Positions 27,580 to 35,920 of a stretch of 64,000 bases of DNA are shown here, piece by piece. A model generated the notes under the pieces. That model saw only the letters and a list, made by a program, of their open reading frames with translations, was not told where the DNA came from and searched no databases. Source of the DNA: Methanobacteriota archaeon (GTDB lineage Archaea > Thermoplasmatota > Poseidoniia > Poseidoniales > Thalassarchaeaceae); contig PBGL02000007.1 in the NCBI GenBank assembly GCA_002718995.2, positions 2,306-66,305 of the forward strand. The letters are read 5' to 3'. Each line of letters starts with the position of its first letter. The stretch's first letter is position 1. The translations under genes and the position numbers were made by a program.

Positions 27580-30500
27580 ATGACGGTAGCCGCTGACCCA
27601 AAACCCTCTCAAAAAAAGTTCGGGGCAGCTTTTGCTGTATTGATTATGCTCGCTATGTCGCTATCGCCGTTGGCGATAATGGCAGAGGAGAAAGGGAGTC
27701 TTGAAGGAGAATCGACTAGGATACTGACTTCTGGAATTGAACCATGGACGGATGGCGGGCAGGCCTGGCCTCAGCCAGGTAGGACGCCGGACAGGGTGTC
27801 CATTCCACCCCAGCATGTGCATTCTTCGGATTCGGGTGCGGGTCTGCTCTCAATAGTTGACCCTGCGATAAACTGGGAGTTTGGTTCCGATCAACTGGGC
27901 ACTGATTCCCTCGGAACCCCAATTGCTGATTTCTCATCATCCTTGACCACTGTCCCTTCCTCTGAAGAAAGGTGCGGAGGGGACTCGCTCTACACCATCC
28001 TCGTACAAACCGACTCTGCATCGGGCGAGAGTTACATGAAAATTATCGAGGGAGAAGACTCAGATTTGGCATGGGAAGTGAGCCTTGGAACGACAGAGAT
28101 GGTCAAGGCCTCTCCCGTAATTGTGGATTTGGATGACGATGGGAAGCCCGAAGTAATAGTGGCTTATGACCAAAGTGGAACCCTGCACGTGGATGCATGG
28201 TCGCCAAGGCTATTCTGCTCGGTTACCGGATGGGACCCCAGTGCAGGCAGTTCGCAGCAGCCAGTCTGGACATGGGAAGAAGACGACTTGATGATAAGCG
28301 GAGAGCCGACAAGCACACTGAATGGCCTTGGTGGCCATCGCCCAACGACGCAGCCTTTGCTTGCAGACTTGGATCTTGATGGTGATGCCGAACTAGTTCT
28401 GGCGGCAATTGATGAGAATAGCGGGGACCCGGTTGTTGTCGCACTTAGCCTCCCCTCGAGCGGGACACCCGCTACACTGTGGGAGAAGACTCTGGACAAG
28501 GGGAGTCATCCATCGGATCCAGCATTTGCGCAGACGGATGAGAATACTGGCTATGTTGTTCTTACCACCACGGAACACACGAATGGCGGCATGTGGGTTT
28601 GGAGGCTTGATTCTACTTCGGGCGATTCAGGCTGGGATGGGCTTAGTTTGAGTAACGTAGACGGCGACTCCGACGTCCCTCATATCAGACTACCCGGCCC
28701 TGTAGTGGCGAATCTTGATTCTGATGAAGCCCCCGAGATTATTGTCACCATCCCAACTGATGCAGATGGGTCTAACACGATAGATGGTGCTGAATTCAGA
28801 GGGCTAGAAATAAGCACTGGTTCTGAGATATGGTCATTTCAGGCGGAGAATGGGTACGCTGATGCGCCCCCTCTTGTTATTGATACGGACGATGACGGTA
28901 CAGTGGATAGGGTCTGTTGGGTCACTTGGTGGCAGACGGCAACAGCTAGGCACGGGGTCACGGGTTGCCATGACGTCGATGGCTCTAGTCCGGAAGAAGC
29001 ATGGCACAGGGACCTTGAACAGAGCAGTGGTTCCCCTAATGACGAGATCGCAGTCTCCCCTCCCATCTGGATGGATATCGATGGTAGTGGCGAGCCTGAG
29101 CTTCTGGTGGCCTATGGGAGATCACTTTGGGCATTCGACGGGGCAGAGGGAACCGGGGCTGCCATCAATAGCGATTGGACCAATGAGTTGGAGTTGAGTC
29201 ATCGGACCTGGTCGTCGCCTGCAATGGCTGACATCGATGGCGATCGGACCCTTGACATAGTCATTGGAAGTACTGTCGTATCCCTTGAGCGATGTGACGT
29301 TAGGCCGCTTCTTGATGGCGGAGGCATAGAGTTGGATCCAACTGCCCCTAGCCCGGGAGAGGAAGTTACAGTTTCTGCATTTATCGAAAACTCAGGAACT
29401 GGGCCAATAGACTCCGAATTTGATGCTGTACTCTATGCTGATGGAATAGAGATTGGAAGGAGGACATTTGCTTCTCTGGATCCTGTAGAGCCAACTGGAT
29501 CTGGTTCCTTTGACACATTCAGTGTTGAATGGTCTGGATCACTTGGGGACCATGAATTCGTACTGGAGCTGGACGGTTTTGGGAACCTAACTCAGACTAG
29601 GACAGACAATGACATTACGAGCAAGACGGTCTCCATTGTCCCTACTTACAATGCTACATTTGAAATTCCCGCCGAGCCAATTAGAGTTTCTCCCGGGAGC
29701 AGCATTACTGCTAGTCCCACTGTAAGATCGACTGGCCGGCTCTCTGGGACATGGTCCCTCAGCGTAGATGGTTCCGAACTTCCAGACGGCTGGACTTGGT
29801 CTGATGCCACTCCGGGGGGGATTAGCGGTATTGAGATAGGGGTAGATCAGACATGGTCCCCTGACCTTACCATATCTGCTCCATCGGAAGCTTTGGGGTC
29901 GGACTCAGGATACCTTTCAATGACGCTAACTCTTGATGAGGACTCGAACATCTCTGTTTCCGCGAACCTTCCGATTGAGGCAAACAGGACCAGGGGGCTC
30001 TCACTTAGAGGCCCCGACGGAACGGCACAGAGCAGTGGCTACGGCCTACCAGGGCAAGATGCATCATCATGGTTCATGATAGAGAATCTAGGGAATGCCG
30101 AAGAAGGTCAGATTCTTCTCTCTTGGGACAGCACCGCTTGGGGAAATGATCTACGCCTATATGATATGGAGGGCAATGAAAGATCGGCTTTAGTTCTGGG
30201 CCCTGGAGAGGAGTTGGCCCTAATGGCAACCATGGATGTCCCTTCGGACTCCTCTGTTGGAGATTCAGTTAGCACCCCCTTGACAATGTGTGTAGGTACG
30301 GGAACGGAAGAAGAGACTTGTCAGACGATACAATTGACATTCCATTCTTCAAATGTAGTTTCAGGGAAGCACATAAGGAGTGTTCCTGCGAATGGCCTTG
30401 AATGGACGGTGATTTCCGAAATGACCCCTGATAGTGGGACTCTTACATGGTCTCTTTCTGATATGGGAATGGCGATGCCCGGATGGTCTTGGGCGGGGAC

Positions 30501-33213
30501 TGGTGACCTTTCAGTTTCAGGAGATTCAATAATTATGACAGGGGCCCCGGGAGGGACTTCCTCTGGTTCGATTATTGCGAGCCTCCCTGAAGACGCGCCT
30601 CCAGCATTCCACTATTTCTCAGATACGAGTCAAGAGTCATCAGAGCACCATCTAATAATCACACTAGAGGTTTTACAGATTTTCAGAGCTAATGTGACTG
30701 TGATCTCGCCCCAGGAGCAGCCATATTTGGTTGAAGTGGAAGAGGGTTCGCTGGTGGTTCTGAGACTTGAGAATCCTGGAAATGGCTTAGACGAGTACTC
30801 CCTCAGCTACTCAGTTATCTTGGACTCCAATATTTCCAGTGACCCAGGGGTCGTTGTGCAGTTCTCGATTGGTCAAGTCGAGCTTACCCCGGGGAGCCTG
30901 ACCACAATACCGGTAACAGTGACCCTCCCCGAAAGCACTCCCGCAGGAGTGCCACTTTGGATCGAGTTCACTGTATCTTCAATGGGCGACGAGGGAGTCT
31001 CGTCGTCTGACATGGTGGCCCTTGAGGCAAGGCAGGACCATAGGTGGGACATAGTCGCTAGCGTCGATTCAGTACCCATGTCCAATGGGAGTGTTTTCAT
31101 CATTGACCCCGGCACGACATTCTCACTAGATGTTGGTGCGAAGAACACGGGTAATCTGGCGGACCAAATTAGTCTTGATGTGATGACCACGCTAGATCTA
31201 GTTGATGGTGATACTTCCACTGGTTGGGAATCAACGGGCGATTCAGCAGAGGAAGTTTCTGTGAATCAGACAGTTTCACTTAGCATTGATTCAACGGTTG
31301 CTGCTGAGTCTTGGAGTGGGTCATCTATGACCGTCACGGTTTCTGCGTCGGCCCAGGGAGAGGAGGTTTCAACATTCTCATTCACTATCGAGGCGGGTCA
31401 CGTACCATCTTGGAACGCGATAGGTGACCAGGCGAATCTTGAGATAGATCCACTGGGCTCAGAGATAGAGCTCACAGTTGTACAGTCTGGGAATTCACCA
31501 ACTAGGGCCTATGCATCCATGTTCATTACCGGTGAATCCGGATGGACCATAGGCGAGCCTGATGAGTTGCCCATACTTTCCCCAGGAGAAACTTCGCCAC
31601 TCATCCTCAATATCACGCCCCCTCAGAACGCAGTATATGGGAAAGCGGTAGAACTTCACCTCCGTCTCAGAGAAGGTGACTCAAGCGTAGTTTCTGAGGT
31701 AGTTTTCCCACTTAGGGTAGCAGTAACTCATGATTTCACCCTTTCGGGAGAAGGGGACTGGCTAGTGAGTGATCTAGGAGGGTACCCCTTGGCTATGATC
31801 GAGAATCTCGGTAATGCTCCTAGCACGATTTCCTTACAGGTTCTGAGTCTACCACTAGGATGGTCAGTATCGGGTAGGACTGAGGCTATCCTCGGGGTCG
31901 GCGAGGTGTCCGGTGTACCTCTTGAGTTAATGCCAAGCGAAGATTGGGACGGTAGTGTCAAGACTATTCGGATATTGGCGGAAGATTCGGCTGGAAACCA
32001 AAGAGAAATCAATCTGGATACCCGGAAGGGAGAGTTTTCATGGGCAACGTCCCCGGTCATCATCTCCACCAGCGGAGATAGTGCACTTTTGGAAATTCAT
32101 GGAACTGACCAGTCATCCAGCGTCACAGATTCTGATTCAGGAGAATTAGAGTGGAATGACCTAGGAGGTTGGGCTTGGCCTGCCTCATCTAGTGGAGTTG
32201 GAGTTATCGCAGTTTCATCTGGAGCTAATCAAGGTAGTTTGGATTATAGATCAATAGTGGTAGATCCGGCTAGTAGAAGCGCTAGTTGCTCCATCTACGG
32301 AACTGTTGGAGAAATTGTCGCTACATGTTCGATAGGCAACGGGACTGATCCTTTCGAATACACGATTATGTTAATCGATGACCTAGGGAATATGATGCAG
32401 TCCGAATCGGGCTCGGTAGGGAGAAATTCCTCGGCATTGGTTAACCTGACCTCTGAGGAATGGGAGCCCACCCCTGGGAATAGGGAGGTATCTGTTAGAT
32501 TGCTAGATTCAAGAGGAATCCTAGTGTCGTCCTACTCGCAGATTTACGAAGTGCGCCGAACGGATTGGAATGTCGGATTGGTGCAGCTAGAATTGGAAGG
32601 GCAAGGTTCGAGCCAGAAAATTGAAATCTCTACCAGAAGAGACAATTACGAACTACTTCCCTCGGGAACGCGGTGCAGTGTTTCCATTGTAGCAGGGCAG
32701 TACTCATCCGTGCACATCGTAGACATGACATCAGCAAATGCCCTTGCGCCAAAGCCATCCATAGATAGGCCGGATGTTGACGATGATATCGAAATGATTG
32801 CCACGATAAGTTGCGATTTCCCCTGGGATCAGGATTCCGATCCTTCGGATGATGAGGCCAGAATAGTGCTATCTGGAGGCGATGACTTTGAAGGAGGAAT
32901 TAGTGATTCTAGTACTGCCTTGGCCGCAGCTGCCATAGTCATAGGGACTTCGATTGCACTGTCATGGATGGTCAGTAATTACAGAGAGGGACGGGAGATG
33001 ATGGAGAAGACGAGATTGGCGGTTGAGAAGAAGGCGAAGGAGAAGAAGGCCGCTGTGGAAGAGAGACTGGTTGAAAGCGAGGAAGAGGCTTCCCAACAAA
33101 CTTCAGATGAAGAAGAGCCTCAAGATGAAGCCTCCGAAGATTCAGATTCCTCTGAATTACGTCAAGATGACTCATTCGAAAGTCGTCTAAACAGACTAAT
33201 GGGTGAAAGGTAA
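27580..33213 (+). CDS. Giant surface protein with FG-GAP propeller, CARDB and tandem Ig-like (NEW3-like) domains
   Basis: Signal/TM helix; SPVIVDLDDDGKPEVIV, LADLDLDGDAELV and SSPAMADIDGD repeats; CARDB-like (PSPGEEVTVSAFIENSG...TDND); repeated ENLGNA / ENPGNG / KNTGNL; C-terminal TM helix and charged tail. Confidence 0.82.
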   Translation: MTVAADPKPSQKKFGAAFAVLIMLAMSLSPLAIMAEEKGSLEGESTRILTSGIEPWTDGGQAWPQPGRTPDRVSIPPQHVHSSDSGAGLLSIVDPAINWEFGSDQLGTDSLGTPIADFSSSLTTVPSSEERCGGDSLYTILVQTDSASGESYMKIIEGEDSDLAWEVSLGTTEMVKASPVIVDLDDDGKPEVIVAYDQSGTLHVDAWSPRLFCSVTGWDPSAGSSQQPVWTWEEDDLMISGEPTSTLNGLGGHRPTTQPLLADLDLDGDAELVLAAIDENSGDPVVVALSLPSSGTPATLWEKTLDKGSHPSDPAFAQTDENTGYVVLTTTEHTNGGMWVWRLDSTSGDSGWDGLSLSNVDGDSDVPHIRLPGPVVANLDSDEAPEIIVTIPTDADGSNTIDGAEFRGLEISTGSEIWSFQAENGYADAPPLVIDTDDDGTVDRVCWVTWWQTATARHGVTGCHDVDGSSPEEAWHRDLEQSSGSPNDEIAVSPPIWMDIDGSGEPELLVAYGRSLWAFDGAEGTGAAINSDWTNELELSHRTWSSPAMADIDGDRTLDIVIGSTVVSLERCDVRPLLDGGGIELDPTAPSPGEEVTVSAFIENSGTGPIDSEFDAVLYADGIEIGRRTFASLDPVEPTGSGSFDTFSVEWSGSLGDHEFVLELDGFGNLTQTRTDNDITSKTVSIVPTYNATFEIPAEPIRVSPGSSITASPTVRSTGRLSGTWSLSVDGSELPDGWTWSDATPGGISGIEIGVDQTWSPDLTISAPSEALGSDSGYLSMTLTLDEDSNISVSANLPIEANRTRGLSLRGPDGTAQSSGYGLPGQDASSWFMIENLGNAEEGQILLSWDSTAWGNDLRLYDMEGNERSALVLGPGEELALMATMDVPSDSSVGDSVSTPLTMCVGTGTEEETCQTIQLTFHSSNVVSGKHIRSVPANGLEWTVISEMTPDSGTLTWSLSDMGMAMPGWSWAGTGDLSVSGDSIIMTGAPGGTSSGSIIASLPEDAPPAFHYFSDTSQESSEHHLIITLEVLQIFRANVTVISPQEQPYLVEVEEGSLVVLRLENPGNGLDEYSLSYSVILDSNISSDPGVVVQFSIGQVELTPGSLTTIPVTVTLPESTPAGVPLWIEFTVSSMGDEGVSSSDMVALEARQDHRWDIVASVDSVPMSNGSVFIIDPGTTFSLDVGAKNTGNLADQISLDVMTTLDLVDGDTSTGWESTGDSAEEVSVNQTVSLSIDSTVAAESWSGSSMTVTVSASAQGEEVSTFSFTIEAGHVPSWNAIGDQANLEIDPLGSEIELTVVQSGNSPTRAYASMFITGESGWTIGEPDELPILSPGETSPLILNITPPQNAVYGKAVELHLRLREGDSSVVSEVVFPLRVAVTHDFTLSGEGDWLVSDLGGYPLAMIENLGNAPSTISLQVLSLPLGWSVSGRTEAILGVGEVSGVPLELMPSEDWDGSVKTIRILAEDSAGNQREINLDTRKGEFSWATSPVIISTSGDSALLEIHGTDQSSSVTDSDSGELEWNDLGGWAWPASSSGVGVIAVSSGANQGSLDYRSIVVDPASRSASCSIYGTVGEIVATCSIGNGTDPFEYTIMLIDDLGNMMQSESGSVGRNSSALVNLTSEEWEPTPGNREVSVRLLDSRGILVSSYSQIYEVRRTDWNVGLVQLELEGQGSSQKIEISTRRDNYELLPSGTRCSVSIVAGQYSSVHIVDMTSANALAPKPSIDRPDVDDDIEMIATISCDFPWDQDSDPSDDEARIVLSGGDDFEGGISDSSTALAAAAIVIGTSIALSWMVSNYREGREMMEKTRLAVEKKAKEKKAAVEERLVESEEEASQQTSDEEEPQDEASEDSDSSELRQDDSFESRLNRLMGER

Positions 33214-33227
33214 TTCGAGGTCTCTCA

Positions 33228-33854
33228 ATGTCTAGAGCCCCTCCGACCCCAGCATTCTACACATTTGACCCGATAGTCGCTGACTTGATCGATCTAGTGC
33301 CTCCAATACAGTCTTCCCTCGGTGGTGATCACGTTGAATTGATCTCCATGTGCCCTCTTTCTACAGATATACAAGGACTACACCACGGTCGTGAAGCACC
33401 ATTCGACCCTGCCACATTACTCTACTTAGCAAGTGGTGATTGGGGTCCCGATGGAACTCCAGCAGAGCCATTGGATACGATGGCCAACAGGGAGAAGCTG
33501 GGTAGATTCCCCAGTGATGACGGCAATGTGATATCGTATCTAATTTCATTCACTAGGCAGAAAGGGGATATGGTCGTATTACACGAACTACTAGCCAAAC
33601 TTTGCGACGGACTTTCAGAAGAGAATCTCGGAGAGCCGGGCTTTCGAGATGGTTTCGGCGGGATGTCGTTGCTTGGGTGGATTAACTCAGCAGAGGTCGG
33701 AGAGCTACGATCATCAATACGATCTGGAAGATGGACTACATTGGGCGATGAGCCTCTCGACGGAGGGGTCGACTATGGTTTCAGGCACTTACTATCGATA
33801 CTCAGATCGGCCGAGAAAAGAGGTTGTGGGGTCCTAATGAGGCGTCACTCGTAA
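33228..33854 (+). CDS. Hypothetical protein
   Basis: 208-aa ORF 14 bp downstream of the previous gene with plausible composition. No motif recognised. Confidence 0.6.
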   Translation: MSRAPPTPAFYTFDPIVADLIDLVPPIQSSLGGDHVELISMCPLSTDIQGLHHGREAPFDPATLLYLASGDWGPDGTPAEPLDTMANREKLGRFPSDDGNVISYLISFTRQKGDMVVLHELLAKLCDGLSEENLGEPGFRDGFGGMSLLGWINSAEVGELRSSIRSGRWTTLGDEPLDGGVDYGFRHLLSILRSAEKRGCGVLMRRHS

Positions 33855-34766
33855 TCAGAATTCATTCCCGGTGAGCCTCTCATACATATCAGAATACAAA
33901 TTCGCAGTTCTAGAAATAATCTCTTCTGGCAGGGGCGGAATAGGCGGCTCCGGTGAACCAGACTCTCTGGCATTGTGTAGTTCACTATGGTGGCCCGTTC
34001 CCAGATAGTGCTCGCGGACAAATTCCTTCGATAGCGAAACTATCTCGCCTCCATCGTATGTCTCGGCATCCCACCAACGGTCTTCATCAAGAGTTCCGAA
34101 TGAGTCCACCAGAACTGGCTTCCTTCCAGCCCCCAATGCAAATTCTTTCTTGCCATCAACGTGGATTAGGCCCCTAGCAGAGGCTTCTCTCTCGATTATC
34201 TTGTCTATAGCTAGAACGCATTCCATAATTGAGTCGAATTCATCATCGGTCAAATTTGAAATCTGGAGAGCTTCTTCCCTGTCAAGAAGCCTGTCGAATT
34301 TCTCGAACTTCGTTGACACTTCCAAGTAGGGTCTAGGGAGCTTGACGCCCATTTCCAGGGAAAGGCCTGGTTCGAAACCAAACTCATCGGACCCGACCTC
34401 TCCGCGTTCATAGCGCCTCCACCCTGAACCTGCGAGATGATGTCTGCAAATTACTTCCAGAGGAACGAAAACATTCTCCATATCCCTTGGAATGGCGCCG
34501 GGCTCTTTTATCACCTCGAACTTTTTTGCTAGGCAACGATCTGGGGCATTCATCTCTATCAGGTGGGTTTCGCAAATTCCCTCTTCTTCGACCATTCTAA
34601 ACCAGTGACATGTAGTTCTGTTTAGACTCTCTCCCTTCCTTGGGACCAAGCTCGGAATAATTTGATCGAATACACTGATCTGATCTGTATACCTGAACTC
34701 AATTACTCCGGGGTCATCAGTACTCCAAACCTGCTTTACCTTTCCCTGATACATCATCTCTGCCAT
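33855..34766 (-). CDS. purC: Phosphoribosylaminoimidazole-succinocarboxamide (SAICAR) synthase
   Basis: YQGKVKQVW, TDQISVFD, KGESLN, PLEVICR, VDGKKEF, DSFGTLDEDRWW and SLSKEFVR. Confidence 0.93.
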   Translation of the reverse strand: MAEMMYQGKVKQVWSTDDPGVIEFRYTDQISVFDQIIPSLVPRKGESLNRTTCHWFRMVEEEGICETHLIEMNAPDRCLAKKFEVIKEPGAIPRDMENVFVPLEVICRHHLAGSGWRRYERGEVGSDEFGFEPGLSLEMGVKLPRPYLEVSTKFEKFDRLLDREEALQISNLTDDEFDSIMECVLAIDKIIEREASARGLIHVDGKKEFALGAGRKPVLVDSFGTLDEDRWWDAETYDGGEIVSLSKEFVREHYLGTGHHSELHNARESGSPEPPIPPLPEEIISRTANLYSDMYERLTGNEF

Positions 34767-34812
34767 AGCACGTTTCGGAAGGGGCACGACGATGAACATT
34801 ACTGAGGGGATG

Positions 34813-35790
34813 TCAGTCCTTTCTGAGCACTTCTCTCACTATGAATACTGAAAGTACGAATATTGCAACTATCCTCAAATCGAATTCGGATTCCTCCTCC
34901 TGTGGCTTCTGGGAGTCGAATAATTCCATGGCAGAATCTATCTCAGGAGATTCTGAAGAAGAAAGAATCACAGTTCCCCCAACATGGTACGGAGATGACG
35001 AAATGAAGTCTCCGGGAATCTGATCTTGCTTCACCGAAGACATTGCGATGTCACAAAGATCAGACTCGGACAAGTCACTTAGGGAATTGTCGAACACTCC
35101 GCTATCGTGAGTGAAAAGCGTTAATTCGACCTCATAATGACTGGCTATGCTATTCATAATCAATTCTGCCATATCAACCTCGAAACCGACTAACTCTCCG
35201 TTATTTCCATACCTAGTCATTGGTGACTCTTGGTCCAACATACAGACTCCCAAATCCGAATCCTCGTACAGTATTCTATGAAGCGTACCGCCTTCGGTGG
35301 GTGTAGGCCATGCATCCTCATAAGACTCGAAATCTGAAAAATCCAACTGTGGCCTGTCAGCGAACCAAAGTTGGTGTGTCGAAATTGCTGTTCCCCTCTG
35401 ATGAATATCCGCCAGCGCGGAGTTGACTGCGTACCTCAGTTCGTCGTTCCCCAATTCCTGGGAATTATCCGATCTAATAATCGCGACGAAATAATCAGAA
35501 ATATCAAACATCTCATCTACGGCAATTGTGGGCCATTGAGCGATTACCTCGGAATCGGCCATTAAATGATGCGGGCCAATTAAGAAGTCAACTTCCCCGT
35601 CCCTTAGTGATCTAATCGCAAATTGCACATTCTCAAACTCCATTTCCTCTAAGTCTGAATTCTGAGCTATGAAATGTGAGGACCCTTCTTCCGAAATAGT
35701 GCCAATTGAATAGATTGCTTCACCTGAAGCGACAAGCCAAGAAGAAGAGAGCAAAATCGGGACGATTAGCACAGCGGCAATCCCCCTCAT
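34813..35790 (-). CDS. Family-3 (polar amino acid) solute-binding protein, circularly permuted, C-terminally anchored
   Basis: The C-half motifs (AIRSLRDGEVDFLI, ELRYAVNSALADI...GT...WF) come before the N-half motifs (TLHRIL, P...NGELVGFEVDMAELI, CDIAMS, SSPY). Signal peptide and C-terminal TM helix are present. Confidence 0.75.
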   Translation of the reverse strand: MRGIAAVLIVPILLSSSWLVASGEAIYSIGTISEEGSSHFIAQNSDLEEMEFENVQFAIRSLRDGEVDFLIGPHHLMADSEVIAQWPTIAVDEMFDISDYFVAIIRSDNSQELGNDELRYAVNSALADIHQRGTAISTHQLWFADRPQLDFSDFESYEDAWPTPTEGGTLHRILYEDSDLGVCMLDQESPMTRYGNNGELVGFEVDMAELIMNSIASHYEVELTLFTHDSGVFDNSLSDLSESDLCDIAMSSVKQDQIPGDFISSSPYHVGGTVILSSSESPEIDSAMELFDSQKPQEEESEFDLRIVAIFVLSVFIVREVLRKD

Positions 35791-35920
35791 GAACGAATCA
35801 AGGAGTGTTTTGACTTAGAATTGGCGGTCCGCCTAGACTATATCCAAGGAAGAATGCCAGACATTGGGGCTCACCATGCTTGAAGGGAATTCTCGGCTCT
35901 CCAAGCCAAGGAGGGGGAGT

